Shown: positions 17,867 to 27,996, counted from the first letter of the stretch. The stretch: 45,246 bases of DNA from an uncultured Clostridia bacterium (GCA_947630075.1 CANRGF010000002.1:1-45246); one strand, 5' to 3'. Notes: generated from the sequence alone by a model not told the origin. Made by a program: numbers and translations.

Positions 17867-18862
17867 TTAGAGCTCTATTTTTAAAAATTCTTTGTCTGTG
17901 TTTAAAAGTTTGCCTGCGCCCAAGATGACACAATCTTTGGTGTCGTCCGGAATGATAATTGGCATATCCAATTTTTTCTTAGCATACTCATAAAGCCCAG
18001 CGATTGAACTTGCCCCACCGACGAACATGACGCCCGTGTTGAACACATCGGCAGAGATTGTTTTATCTAACTGTTTCATGCAATCTTGAATTAGCCCCAA
18101 TATTCTATCATAAACATTTTGAATTGCCACTCTAACTTCGTTTGCAGAGATTTCATGGCGTACAAATTTATCGTGCTCATCTATGCCGATATATTCTGTT
18201 TTATATAAATCTCTATCATAGAGTGAAGCCACTTCATTTTTGATTGCCTCGCTAGATTGGTCAGTAACCGTTAGCAAATGATTGTCTGCAATGAAAGTGG
18301 TGATGCTTTTATCCATATCTTCACCGCCGATGAAGTACATTCTGCCGAAATCAAAATTGCGCTCGGTGAGCACGGAAATGTCGGTCAAATACTTTCCAAT
18401 ATCCACAACCATCAAGTGAGCGTGTGCATCCAATTCAAGATTTGCGCGTGCGCAAACACTATTTTGCACGAATGTAACTTTATTCACCCCGCTTAATTGG
18501 AGCACCTTTTTGATTAATTTCAACTGCTTTTCATTGAGTGCGCATGGCACTGCCACAAGCGCATTTAGGTGTGTGAGCAAAAATCTATCGCGAATTACAT
18601 TCTTAATGATTTTTTCTAGCAAAATGGTTGCCATTTTTTCATTAACGATTTCACTATTTTTTATTGGCTGATAAATATCCACATTGTTCGCCTTGCCCAT
18701 AAAAAGTTTTTCAGCCTCTTTGCCAACCGCCTTCACCTTGCTTTTGCCCTTGCTTTCCACAATGGCAAGATAGGCAGGCTCTTTGGCGATGACGCCATAG
18801 CCCTTCCTGAAAATAATGATTTCGTTGCTACCAAATTTGATAGCCAAATCAACATTAAACAT
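17867..18862 (-). CDS. MreB/Mbl-like actin-fold protein (divergent nucleotide motifs)
   Basis: The length and overall pattern match MreB, and the gene sits at the mreB position of the mreB-min-spoIVF-rplU cluster. However, phosphate-1 reads DLAIKFGSNE and phosphate-2 reads VVDIGKYLTDISV instead of the canonical motifs. Confidence 0.6.
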   Translation of the reverse strand: MFNVDLAIKFGSNEIIIFRKGYGVIAKEPAYLAIVESKGKSKVKAVGKEAEKLFMGKANNVDIYQPIKNSEIVNEKMATILLEKIIKNVIRDRFLLTHLNALVAVPCALNEKQLKLIKKVLQLSGVNKVTFVQNSVCARANLELDAHAHLMVVDIGKYLTDISVLTERNFDFGRMYFIGGEDMDKSITTFIADNHLLTVTDQSSEAIKNEVASLYDRDLYKTEYIGIDEHDKFVRHEISANEVRVAIQNVYDRILGLIQDCMKQLDKTISADVFNTGVMFVGGASSIAGLYEYAKKKLDMPIIIPDDTKDCVILGAGKLLNTDKEFLKIEL

Positions 18863-18881
18863 TTTAACCCCTTTTGTTTAA

Positions 18882-20387
18882 TTATAATATTTGCAAATTT
18901 TTGCCATAAACTTTTTTGAAGTCTGACGCACAAGACATAGCCTGACTTATTTCAAGGCTAGCATCTCGCTCAACCTCAGTTTTTAAAATGACTGTGTCGC
19001 CAAGCACATCGCAAGCAATGTCCTTCACAGAATTTGCGTTTGTGATGTTTAGCATGGTTGCCATTTTGATTATCACTGCAAGTTTTTTGATTGCATCTAT
19101 ATCTTCATCATTCACAAGGTCTTTATATCTTACCCACTCGTTTAGGCTGAAATCGTCTATATTTTGGCTGGCCGCAACAAACGCTGCCAACACAATTTCG
19201 CGATGAGTTGCCCCATATATTCCGCAATTTAGAATGACAGGGAAATTGTTTTTAGTGTAATTTTCATAGCCTATTCGCTTGCCCGCCATGCACAAACTTG
19301 CGGCAATTCTAAGCACTTTAACATAAGGACGAGTTAGTTTATGAAGCACTTTGAGTTGCTTATATAAAATGACGGCAATGGAATAGTTATTATCCGCATT
19401 CACGCTGGTTGGATAAAATTCATTTATTGAACTAAGAGAATAACCCAAAATGTCCAATAACGGCTTTTCACCCGTTTGCCCAAGTAAACTTTTAGCCACC
19501 ACGCCATACATCTCACCATTGGTGGAAACTTTAAAACCGTGGCGGACAAATTCATTATAAGCCACTTTAATAACAGCAAAACCGATAGCAAGCAAATCTG
19601 CACGCATATCAGAAACACCTTTCAATTTTTTTGCCTTGTCTAAATCCAGCCCATGAATGAGGTTATATACATTTTTAAAGCTATCGTCCGTAACTTCATA
19701 ATTATGAGCGAGGTCAAGCGGATAATGAGATGACTTCCTCGAAAGTTTGCCAAGCGCTTCAAACACTTTGCCAACGCCGATAAATTCACTTTCTTCGTCA
19801 ATGTTTTTTATCCAATCTAATTTCTTTATTTCTTTCGTTACAATCTCTTCCACCTTGTCCATACGCTTGCCTATTGGTAGATTTTCCACTTGTGCCAGCA
19901 AAGTTAGTGTGCCAAATGGAAGCGACACGCTTGAACTTATCACTCTCCTATTGAATTTAATAAGTTCGATTGAATAATCTCCCACCTTCATGATTACGCC
20001 ACGCGTCATTGCAAATGAATATAATATTGCGCTGTGAAGGGCGGAAATTTGCTCTTCATTAGTAAGCACTTTGAAATAAAGTGAAACCGTTTTATACACC
20101 TCATCTAAGAAGGCGATTTGATTGCGCGCAGTGGCAATGATTGGGTCGGCATAACAAATGTAGTTATCAATTTTTTGCCCATCCACAATCTTTCTAAAAT
20201 TCTTCAAGATTGAAATTGTTTCTTGAATGCGAGATGGCTTGATATATCCGTCCTTAGAAATATCTCCCGCCAATTTCACCTGCTCCACAATTTGCTCATC
20301 AATGGTGAAGAAGCCGTTTGCTGTGTATTTATAAATTGTTAAAACTATGTTATTAATGTCCAGTTGAAAAACTGCTAATTTATTCAT
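18882..20387 (-). CDS. Ppx/GppA-family (ASKHA fold plus HD-like C-terminal) protein
   Basis: 501-aa ORF with the overall Ppx/GppA pattern. The N-terminal phosphate motif is degenerate (FQLDINNIVLTIY). Confidence 0.55.
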   Translation of the reverse strand: MNKLAVFQLDINNIVLTIYKYTANGFFTIDEQIVEQVKLAGDISKDGYIKPSRIQETISILKNFRKIVDGQKIDNYICYADPIIATARNQIAFLDEVYKTVSLYFKVLTNEEQISALHSAILYSFAMTRGVIMKVGDYSIELIKFNRRVISSSVSLPFGTLTLLAQVENLPIGKRMDKVEEIVTKEIKKLDWIKNIDEESEFIGVGKVFEALGKLSRKSSHYPLDLAHNYEVTDDSFKNVYNLIHGLDLDKAKKLKGVSDMRADLLAIGFAVIKVAYNEFVRHGFKVSTNGEMYGVVAKSLLGQTGEKPLLDILGYSLSSINEFYPTSVNADNNYSIAVILYKQLKVLHKLTRPYVKVLRIAASLCMAGKRIGYENYTKNNFPVILNCGIYGATHREIVLAAFVAASQNIDDFSLNEWVRYKDLVNDEDIDAIKKLAVIIKMATMLNITNANSVKDIACDVLGDTVILKTEVERDASLEISQAMSCASDFKKVYGKNLQIL

Positions 20388-20609
20388 ATTTCTCCTTTAA
20401 CCAACTATCTTGGTTGCCTTAGTTTTAGCACGAAAATTTGATATAGTCAATACCTTTTTTAAAAATTTTTTTAAATTTTTTTTAGAGCTTATTTTGGCTA
20501 TTTTAAGCGGAATTTTATATTAAGTTTAAAATTTGACAAAAAAATTTTCAAAAGTTAAAAAAACACATCAAATTTCACATTTTTTGATGGTTTTTAATAG
20601 AAAAAATTT

Positions 20610-21302
20610 TTATTTTATTAATTTTTCAATTTCGTTTGCAAAAAGTTTGAAACCCGGAATTTGATCGGGCTCGCTAACAAATCTTAAATTTTGCTTGGTG
20701 GTTGGGTGAGAGAATGTGAGCTCATACGCCCATAAGCACAAATTTCCCTTATGCACTTTATCTCCATATTTGAAGTCCGCATATATCGGGCAATTTAACT
20801 GCTTTGCCATTTGCACGCGAATTTGATGGCTTCTGCCCGTGATTAAATCAACAGATATAAGCGAATATTTGTCATTTGAAGAAATCACTGTGTATTCCAA
20901 TTTTGCCTCTTTGCTGCCCTCTTCCAATTTTGGAGCGATGTAAACAGTGTTGGTTTTTTCATCTTTTTTTAGATAAGTGGTGAGCAAATCGTGTGAAATT
21001 TGCGGTTTTCCATTAACCACACACAAATATTTCTTTTTTAAACCCTTAGACTTCAACTGCTCGCTTAATCGTGCTGCTGCTTTGCTAGTTTTGGCAAACA
21101 CCATCAATCCGCCCGTTGGCCTATCTAACCTGTGCACCAAGCCCAAAAACACTCTGCCCGGCTTTTTATCTCTAACTTTGATGAAATTCTTAATGATGTT
21201 TAGCAAATCTTCATCTTTGCTTTCATCTTCTTGCACTGAAACATTTTGTGGCTTCACAACCACAATTATATGATTATCTTCAAACACTATATTTGGCTTC
21301 AT
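20610..21302 (-). CDS. RluA-family pseudouridine synthase
   Basis: HRLDRPTGGLMVFAKT catalytic Asp motif. Start trimmed to the ATG at 21302 (MKPNIVFEDNHIIVV). Confidence 0.85.
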   Translation of the reverse strand: MKPNIVFEDNHIIVVVKPQNVSVQEDESKDEDLLNIIKNFIKVRDKKPGRVFLGLVHRLDRPTGGLMVFAKTSKAAARLSEQLKSKGLKKKYLCVVNGKPQISHDLLTTYLKKDEKTNTVYIAPKLEEGSKEAKLEYTVISSNDKYSLISVDLITGRSHQIRVQMAKQLNCPIYADFKYGDKVHKGNLCLWAYELTFSHPTTKQNLRFVSEPDQIPGFKLFANEIEKLIK

Positions 21303-21306
21303 AAAA

Positions 21307-22158
21307 TCAATCTCCAAATGTTTTAATTGCCGAGCAGCCACAAGGCAAAACAATTTCCTTTTCTTTCGTTGGGAGAGCAAGTTCATAACTTTCAACCATC
21401 CCGCTTTGCTCTATTGCACAATTTAAGATATTAGACATCACGCTTGGTTGCAAACCCGTTGTGTAACTATTAATCAGCACAAAAAGAGGATTTTTGGACA
21501 AAACTTTTGCACACAGACGCACGAAATTATATATATCTGTTTCAATTTTCCATGTTTCGCCTTTTGGGCCTCTGCCATAAGATGGAGGGTCCATAATTAT
21601 GGCATCGTAAACATTGCCTCTTCTAATTTCACGCTCAATAAACTTTGCACAATCATCTTGAATAAACCTTATTGAATTTACACCATTTAGATTGGCGTTT
21701 ACTTTGGCAATTTCTATCATGCTTTTTGCCGAATCAACATGAGTTACGCTCGCACCCGCTAGAGCGCAAACCACACTAGCCGCGCCTGTGTAGGCAAAAA
21801 GATTTAAAACCTTAATTTCTCGCTTCGAGCTTTTAATGAGATTGGTCATCATATCCCAATTAACAGCCTGCTCTGGAAACAGGCAAATATGCTTAAAACT
21901 CATCGGTTCGATATGAAATTTGATGTTTTTTCGCGAAATTATTATGTTTTTTTTGAAATTTTTGCTAAATTTCCACTCGCCAGACTTATTTTCAGTGCGG
22001 GTGTAACATGCATCCACATCGGAGGATAATTTTTCGTCCGTTTTCCAAATCACTTGTGGGTCGGGGCGCAAAAAAGTGAAACCTCCAATCTTCTCAAGTT
22101 TCTCACCATTGGCGGTTTTCAGCACCTCATAATCTTTCCAACCCGTTGCAATTTTCAT
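21307..22158 (-). CDS. class I SAM-dependent (RlmI/YwbD-like) RNA methyltransferase
   Basis: VLNLFAYTGAASV, HVDSAK and IMDPPSYGRG motifs. Confidence 0.75.
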   Translation of the reverse strand: MKIATGWKDYEVLKTANGEKLEKIGGFTFLRPDPQVIWKTDEKLSSDVDACYTRTENKSGEWKFSKNFKKNIIISRKNIKFHIEPMSFKHICLFPEQAVNWDMMTNLIKSSKREIKVLNLFAYTGAASVVCALAGASVTHVDSAKSMIEIAKVNANLNGVNSIRFIQDDCAKFIEREIRRGNVYDAIIMDPPSYGRGPKGETWKIETDIYNFVRLCAKVLSKNPLFVLINSYTTGLQPSVMSNILNCAIEQSGMVESYELALPTKEKEIVLPCGCSAIKTFGD

Positions 22159-22877
22159 TAATACACATCCAAAATTTTCTTCATATCGATTATGTCAGAT
22201 GAAGAAACAATGCCGAGAGGTTTGCCCGTGTCCTTGCCATTTTTTGTGATTAAGATAATGAGCAATTTGCGATTGTTTTCAAAGAAATTCATGGCTTGGT
22301 CGATAGTTAAATCATGGTCTGCAAGCATAAAATAATAATCTTCGCCCATGCCAGCCATAACTTCGCTAACAGTTGTGTTGTCCACATACTCTTGAAGGTT
22401 GACCCCTTCACTAAGTTTTTCGCCCAACACGCTCAATAATTTTCTTGCGTTTAAAATGCCAATTAAATTTTCGCCATTATATGTGGGCAGATTTGAAAAA
22501 CCGCTTCTTGAAATCAACTCCATTGCCTTGCCAATCTTCATGTCATAATTGATGGTGATAACTTCTTTTTTGCCCACCCTATCAAGCGCCTTTGGTGGCT
22601 CAGCAATTATTTCAGCCAACTTCTCAATTTTTTCCACAATGTCATCATGCGGCTCGGCTATGGTGAATTTGTTGTTGCCCTGATGCACAATTGCATTTCT
22701 AAGCCTGCCATAATCTATTAAATCTTCTTCATATTTTCTAACCACAGAATTAAGCACTACACTGCGCCTAATTACATCGCTAAAAGACATGCTACGCTTG
22801 AAATCGTATATTGTGCGCAAACTATAATCTATTGAATTATAAGCATCTATAAACCTATCAGCATTAGATTTTTTCAT
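22158..22877 (-). CDS. HEPN-like (Rx4H) N-terminal domain fused to a CBS pair
   Basis: The N-terminal ~100 aa are helical with YGRLRNAIVHQ (R-x4-H). The C-terminal part has two CBS-like units (NLIGILNARKL..., GIVSSSDII). Confidence 0.6.
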   Translation of the reverse strand: MKKSNADRFIDAYNSIDYSLRTIYDFKRSMSFSDVIRRSVVLNSVVRKYEEDLIDYGRLRNAIVHQGNNKFTIAEPHDDIVEKIEKLAEIIAEPPKALDRVGKKEVITINYDMKIGKAMELISRSGFSNLPTYNGENLIGILNARKLLSVLGEKLSEGVNLQEYVDNTTVSEVMAGMGEDYYFMLADHDLTIDQAMNFFENNRKLLIILITKNGKDTGKPLGIVSSSDIIDMKKILDVY

Positions 22878-22980
22878 AAACTCTCCTATTATTATTATAA
22901 CAATTTTTTATTGATTTTACAAACAAAAACACGCCTAGCATTCAAATTTGGAACAATAATTGAAAAATTTATAAAAATGC

Positions 22981-23009
22981 TTGAATATTCAGCGGTTTTG
23001 TGCTATAAT
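22981..23009 (+). promoter_or_regulatory. sigma-A promoter of the SRP RNA gene
   Basis: TTGAAT (22981-22986), 17-nt spacer ending in TG, then TATAAT (23004-23009). Confidence 0.7.
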
Positions 23010-23015
23010 AATAAT

Positions 23016-23290
23016 GAGTTGTACTAGGCGGGGAGCTAGCGGTGCCCTGTTGCCCACAATCCGCTATAGTGGGGCTGAATGCGTGCAGCGGGGCAAGATT
23101 AATTGTGTTGAGTAGGCTAAGAGTATGTTGAAATCAAGGTCTTATACAATATTGCCCTACGAATCATGTCAGGGCCGGAAGGCAGCAGCATTAAGAAGGA
23201 TACGATATGTGCTATGAGGTTGCTTTGGTGGAGTGCTTCTAGTTTATGCCAGCAGTTAACTTGTTTCAATGCAAGGCGTGCAACTTACCA
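23016..23290 (+). ncRNA. ffs: signal recognition particle RNA, large Bacillus-type with Alu domain
   Basis: GGCGGGGAGCTAGCGGTGCCCTGT...CAATCCGCT matches the Bacillus scRNA Alu domain. The domain IV core is GTCAGGGCCGGAAGGCAGCAGC. The 5' GAGTTGTAC pairs with the 3' GTGCAACTT. Confidence 0.9.
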
Positions 23291-23298
23291 TAAAAAAT

Positions 23299-23320
23299 GA
23301 GGCGTGAGCCTCTTTTTTTT
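23299..23320. terminator. bidirectional terminator (SRP RNA and the convergent transporter gene)
   Basis: GAGGC-gtga-GCCTC with A6 upstream and T8 downstream. Confidence 0.75.
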
Positions 23321-24650
23321 AATCTTCTGTGTATTCCGGCTTTATAATTGTGAATTTTTGTGCGTGCTTTTTTGTGAGCTGGCGGATAAAGAATACTGTG
23401 GAAGCAATCACGAGCGGGATGCAAATTATCACATAGACCAGCATAGATTTGCCATAATCATCTCCAAATATGCCCAACAGACCAGAATACATGGCAGACA
23501 TTATTGCATAGCCAAGAAATTGCACCACTGTGCTTAATGCATACAACTTCTCGAGATTTCGAGGAGGAAGACAAACTTGCATATAGTTATTCACAAAAAT
23601 GAAATTTGGCGTGCGAATCGAACACATAATGCACGAAGAGATTATAATCACCACTATTGTGAGTGTGCTTGTTGGTGATATGATATACATCACAGCATTT
23701 ATTAGGAGGGTTGCCACAGCCAAAACATTAAAAATGATTAAACTGCGCACTCCAAACTTTAAGTTATATTTAAACTGATATTTATTTGAAATGGCGATGC
23801 ACAATTTCATAATTCCATAAACGCAACCGAACGCCCAAAGAGGCATAAAGCCGCCGTCCGTCAACTCTTGCAAATAGATTTTAAATGCACCAGAGTCGAT
23901 TGACACCACCCCTCTAAACATGAACGAATAAAGTAAGATTGAAATGACAAAAGCGGAAGATAAAATTTTTAAATAGCTATCCGAACGCTTTTTCTTGGGT
24001 TTTGATTTGTCTTGTTTTGCAGGGTCTTCAACCATTGGGTTCAACTCAATATTTTGCTCTTGGAATTTGCTAGGCTCTTTAAACCAGAACGAGAACACAA
24101 ATGCAAGTCCTACACAGCCAAGCGAAATGTAAAATGCCAAATATGGGTCGATGCTGTAAATATAACTAATCACCACTGCGCCTATAGCTTCTAGCATATA
24201 AGACAAGCTCAACCCTTTGCCATATATACGGTTGTAATCTTTATCTCGCTTGACTGCAGACAAGCTATCTGTGAGAAGCGGATTGCCCTTAACTGCCACA
24301 ACGCAATAGCCAAAGGCTAAGAACATAGGCGCACACATAATCACGAATTTGTTTGTGCCGATTATGCAAAGCAGCAAGAACATGGCATAACCAATTAACC
24401 CCACCCTAATAGACTTGATGGGCGAAATCTTATCAAAAATTTTGGCAACAGGAACGCACATGACACACGCCGAGAACATCAAGATTGTTTCAATCATCAT
24501 GCATTCGCTATAGCTAAGATGCTTTTCTCCATAGAAGAACTGAGTGGTGATTGTCCACACAAAAAGCACATCCCAAATTAAAGCCAAAAACTTGGGATAC
24601 ATTTTTATGTTTCTATTCATATATTGAATTTTTCTTTCTTCGTTGGTCAT
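23319..24650 (-). CDS. multi-pass membrane transporter (MFS-like)
   Basis: About 12 hydrophobic segments with a central charged loop (KQDKSKPKKKRSD). Start trimmed to the ATG at 24650. Confidence 0.5.
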   Translation of the reverse strand: MTNEERKIQYMNRNIKMYPKFLALIWDVLFVWTITTQFFYGEKHLSYSECMMIETILMFSACVMCVPVAKIFDKISPIKSIRVGLIGYAMFLLLCIIGTNKFVIMCAPMFLAFGYCVVAVKGNPLLTDSLSAVKRDKDYNRIYGKGLSLSYMLEAIGAVVISYIYSIDPYLAFYISLGCVGLAFVFSFWFKEPSKFQEQNIELNPMVEDPAKQDKSKPKKKRSDSYLKILSSAFVISILLYSFMFRGVVSIDSGAFKIYLQELTDGGFMPLWAFGCVYGIMKLCIAISNKYQFKYNLKFGVRSLIIFNVLAVATLLINAVMYIISPTSTLTIVVIIISSCIMCSIRTPNFIFVNNYMQVCLPPRNLEKLYALSTVVQFLGYAIMSAMYSGLLGIFGDDYGKSMLVYVIICIPLVIASTVFFIRQLTKKHAQKFTIIKPEYTED

Positions 24651-24746
24651 TTTTATAATTTTAATTAAAAAATGATAATTTTGCAAATAAATTTTTTAAA
24701 ATTTTAAAAAATGTTGCTATTTTCACGCTTTTTTAAATTTTTTTTG

Positions 24747-27266
24747 TTATTTTGCATCATAAAGAGTTTTTCCTTCATTGACTTCAACAATTAGTGGCAC
24801 GGTTAAATTCACCACATTTTCCATCTCTTCTTTCAATATGGTTTTTATCTTTTCGCTCTCGCCTTCAACGCAATCCACAATCAACTCATCGTGAATTTGC
24901 AAAACGAGTTTGCTTTTTAGCCCTTCTTGCTTAATTCTATTTGCCACCCTTATCATGGCAATTTTTATTATGTCGCTTGCACTACCTTGAAGAGGGGTGT
25001 TTTTTGCCACCCTTTCGGCAAATGCACGCATATTTTTGTTGCTAGAATTAATGTCCGGAATATGGCGAATTCTGCCCATTATCGTGATGATATATCCTTT
25101 TTCACGGGCGTCATCTATGCACTTTTGGCTATACTCGCTTATTTTTGGATAAACTGAAAGATATTTCTTTATGAAGTTTGCTGCATCCTTTTGCTTGCAA
25201 CCTAAGTTTTGCGCCAATCCAAATGCGCTAATGCCATAGATAATGCCAAAGTTGACCGTTTTTGCCGTCCTTCGCTCGGCAGTGCTGATTTCTTCAATCG
25301 GCTTATTAAAGATTTTGCTCGCAGTGGCAGTGTGAATATCATGCCCATGCAAATAGTCTGCAATCATGTTTTCATCACCTGAAAAGTTTGCCATTAAGCG
25401 AAGCTCAATTTGATTATAGTCCGCACTTATTAGTGTGCCGTTTGGGAATGATGAAGAAAACATTTTCCTAAGCGCTCTGCCCTCATCGTCTCTTATTGGC
25501 AGATTTTGCAAGTTTGGCTCGCGGCTACTAAGCCTTCCCGTTGAAGTGGTGCGCTGCATAAATGTGGTGTGAATTTTGCCGTCTGACGACACATAGTTGA
25601 GCATGCCGTCTAGATAAGTGCTAATTAATTTTGTAATTTTTCTATATCTAATTATGTAATTTACAATTTCATGCCTATCAACAATTTCGTTTAAAATTTC
25701 TATACCTGTGCCCTTTTTGCCCTTATACTCTATGTTTAATTTATCAAACAAGATTTGTTGCAGCTGCTTTGGGCTGTTGATGTTAAATTCCTCGCCTGCC
25801 AATTCATAGATTTTGGACACAACCATCTTTAATTCTTCATGATAAGATTTGCTAAGAATTTTAATTTGCTCGGCGTCAATTTTTATGCCCGCCACCTCCA
25901 TGTCAAACAACACTTGCACGAGAGGTAGTTCAATATCGCCATATAATTTCAACTGCGAGTTGTTCACCAACTTGCCAATGTAGGTTTGCTTCATTTTGAA
26001 TAGTGCCAACGCTTTGGCGTCTGTGGAGATGTTGTTAAGCTTTAGTGCGTCATCCAAACTAATTTCAGCGTCCATTTCATTTGCTATATAAATGGCTATT
26101 GACACATCAAAATAATTATTTAGCGAAATGCCATAGTCATGCAAGAAATGCATCAAAGCTTTTGCGTCAAAACAAATTTTTTGTTTTTCTCCCTCAAAAA
26201 GAAGTTTTAATTTTGGCAAATTTTTAAAGAAAATTTCCCCGCTAGGATACAGCACATATTGGGTTAAATCAGTGGCAAGGCTCAATGTTAAATCGTCATT
26301 CGTAACAGCAAAAGATGAAGAAAGGCAAGCAAGCATTTTGTCAAAATCATCTTGTGTGGAAATTTCCACGATTGGTGCAACAATCTTTTCTAGTTTGTTC
26401 TCGCCACAAGACGGCACGAAAAATTCTTTTTTAGATAAGATTGATTTGAAATCTAATTCATATAAAAATTCATAAGCCGCCTCATTAAACGGCAATTTAT
26501 ATTCAAAATCTTCAATTTTATAGTCTAGATCAACATCTAACTTGATTGTGGCAAGCGTTTTAGACAAATATGCCATATTCTTATGTTCTTCAAGTTTTTT
26601 GCGGATTGCCCCAGAAATATTATCGAGATTTGCATAAATGTTATTGAGATTGTCAAACTCGTCTATTAATTTTTGCGCACCCACTTGACCAATGCCCAAA
26701 ACTCCTGGAATATTATCCGAACTATCACCCATGATTGATTTGATTTCAATCACCTGATATGGCTTTAATTTGAAAATTTGTTTTAGTGCGGGCTCGTCCA
26801 CTTTTGTAAGGCTATAACTGCCACGCTGAGGCATATAAACGGTGGTATTTTCATTGATTAATTGCAGCAAGTCTTTATCTCCAGAAAGGACATAAAAATC
26901 TTGATTAAATTTGCGCGTGATTGAGCCAATTATGTCGTCCGCCTCAATGTCAGGTATTTCAATCGTTCTAATTCCCATTGTATTAAGGAGCTTTTTAAGC
27001 ACGGGGATTTGGGCAAGCAACTCCTCAGGAGTTTTATCTCTGCCTGCTTTATATTGCGGATATAAATCATGACGAAATGTGTGTTTGCCCGCATCAAAAA
27101 CGCACGCGAAATATTTTGGCCTTTCATTTGAAATGACATTCAAAATTGTGTTTAAAAACCCATAAATTGCATTGCAAGGCTCACCAGAAAGGCTTCTAAG
27201 CATTGGCAGGGCGTAAAATGTGCGATAAACTAAATTGTTTCCGTCAACAACAACAAATTTTTCCAT
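24747..27266 (-). CDS. polA: DNA polymerase I
   Basis: 5'-3' exonuclease N-terminus (LVDGNNLVYRTFYA, GDSSDNIPGV). Pol A motifs DYNQIELR, RRTAKTVNFGIIYG and QIHDEL. Confidence 0.95.
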   Translation of the reverse strand: MEKFVVVDGNNLVYRTFYALPMLRSLSGEPCNAIYGFLNTILNVISNERPKYFACVFDAGKHTFRHDLYPQYKAGRDKTPEELLAQIPVLKKLLNTMGIRTIEIPDIEADDIIGSITRKFNQDFYVLSGDKDLLQLINENTTVYMPQRGSYSLTKVDEPALKQIFKLKPYQVIEIKSIMGDSSDNIPGVLGIGQVGAQKLIDEFDNLNNIYANLDNISGAIRKKLEEHKNMAYLSKTLATIKLDVDLDYKIEDFEYKLPFNEAAYEFLYELDFKSILSKKEFFVPSCGENKLEKIVAPIVEISTQDDFDKMLACLSSSFAVTNDDLTLSLATDLTQYVLYPSGEIFFKNLPKLKLLFEGEKQKICFDAKALMHFLHDYGISLNNYFDVSIAIYIANEMDAEISLDDALKLNNISTDAKALALFKMKQTYIGKLVNNSQLKLYGDIELPLVQVLFDMEVAGIKIDAEQIKILSKSYHEELKMVVSKIYELAGEEFNINSPKQLQQILFDKLNIEYKGKKGTGIEILNEIVDRHEIVNYIIRYRKITKLISTYLDGMLNYVSSDGKIHTTFMQRTTSTGRLSSREPNLQNLPIRDDEGRALRKMFSSSFPNGTLISADYNQIELRLMANFSGDENMIADYLHGHDIHTATASKIFNKPIEEISTAERRTAKTVNFGIIYGISAFGLAQNLGCKQKDAANFIKKYLSVYPKISEYSQKCIDDAREKGYIITIMGRIRHIPDINSSNKNMRAFAERVAKNTPLQGSASDIIKIAMIRVANRIKQEGLKSKLVLQIHDELIVDCVEGESEKIKTILKEEMENVVNLTVPLIVEVNEGKTLYDAK

Positions 27267-27343
27267 AAATTTAGTATATCACAAAGTTAAAAAAAAGAAA
27301 AATAAATTTTAAAAATAATCAAATTTTATGCTATAATGGTTGC

Positions 27344-27772
27344 ATGATAGATGAAGATAGAATGTTGCACATCTTGGCAGTGGCAAATTTAATGAAAGAA
27401 AAGGCAAAAGTTTTCAATCTTGATGAAAACGAAATGTTTGCGCTCGGCTTTTTGCATGATTTGGGCTACGGACTAAATGAAGAACGCCACAACGAATTGG
27501 GCGGTGAAGTTTTAGAAAAGCAAAATTATAAATTTCATAATGAAGTGCGTTATCACGGAATGCCAAAATGCAAGTTTTCATCACCCGCATTAGACCTTTT
27601 GAATTGGTGTGATATGCACACGAATTTTCAAGGCAAATTTGTTTCGTTTGAAGAGAGGCTTAACGAAATTGCCCTCAGGCACGGAGAAACATCTAACACA
27701 TATATCAACTCAAAATTGCTAATTGACGAATTAAAAGACAAAAAATCTTTGCAAAAACTCTTGCAAAAATAA
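27344..27772 (+). CDS. HD-domain protein
   Basis: LGFLHDLGY and HNELGGEVL fit an HD phosphohydrolase signature. Confidence 0.6.
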   Translation: MIDEDRMLHILAVANLMKEKAKVFNLDENEMFALGFLHDLGYGLNEERHNELGGEVLEKQNYKFHNEVRYHGMPKCKFSSPALDLLNWCDMHTNFQGKFVSFEERLNEIALRHGETSNTYINSKLLIDELKDKKSLQKLLQK

Positions 27773-27803
27773 AAATAATGTGATAATATATGCAAGTAAA
27801 TTC

Positions 27804-27828
27804 GCCGGTATGGCGAAATGGCAGACGC
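27804..27828 (+). pseudogene. 25-nt 5' fragment of a tRNA-Leu gene (acceptor plus D-arm only)
   Basis: GCCGGTATGGCGAAATGGCAGACGC is identical to the two downstream tRNA-Leu 5' ends apart from the acceptor-stem differences. It is followed by unrelated sequence. Confidence 0.7.
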
Positions 27829-27956
27829 TCGTCACAACCTCCACCCTTTGCTTATTTGCTAGACGCAAATTAAGGCTTTTGGTGTGTTGCTCCTCTTTCC
27901 CAAGAACTTGCGTTTTGTGGGAGCCCTTAATCTTGTGCGTCTCCAAAACTAAATAT

Positions 27957-27996
27957 GCCGGTGTGGCGAAATGGCAGACGCACAAGACTCAAAATC
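27957..27996 (+). pseudogene. 5' half of the disrupted chromosomal tRNA-Leu(CAA) (attL side)
   Basis: GCCGGTGTGGCGAAATGGCAGACGCACAAGACTCAAAATC stops inside the anticodon loop. Its missing 3' half is at 41347-41392. Confidence 0.85.

Noticed and set aside
17673-17933. 86-aa K/F-rich ORF between minD and the mreB-like gene.
   Set aside because: It is a translation of an A/T homopolymer-rich intergenic region and overlaps the mreB-like 3' end. It has no RBS.
16576-18862. Absence of minC, mreC and mreD from the division cluster, as a possible deletion.
   Set aside because: This is only a gene-order comparison with Bacillus. Such losses are common in reduced Firmicutes lineages and nothing in the sequence indicates a recent deletion.
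27829-27956. Possible intron in a tRNA-Leu gene (the first 5' fragment followed by ~130 structured nt).
   Set aside because: It is far too short for a group I intron. The interruption is after the D-arm, not in the anticodon loop. No matching 3' exon with a T-arm follows before the next full 5' end.
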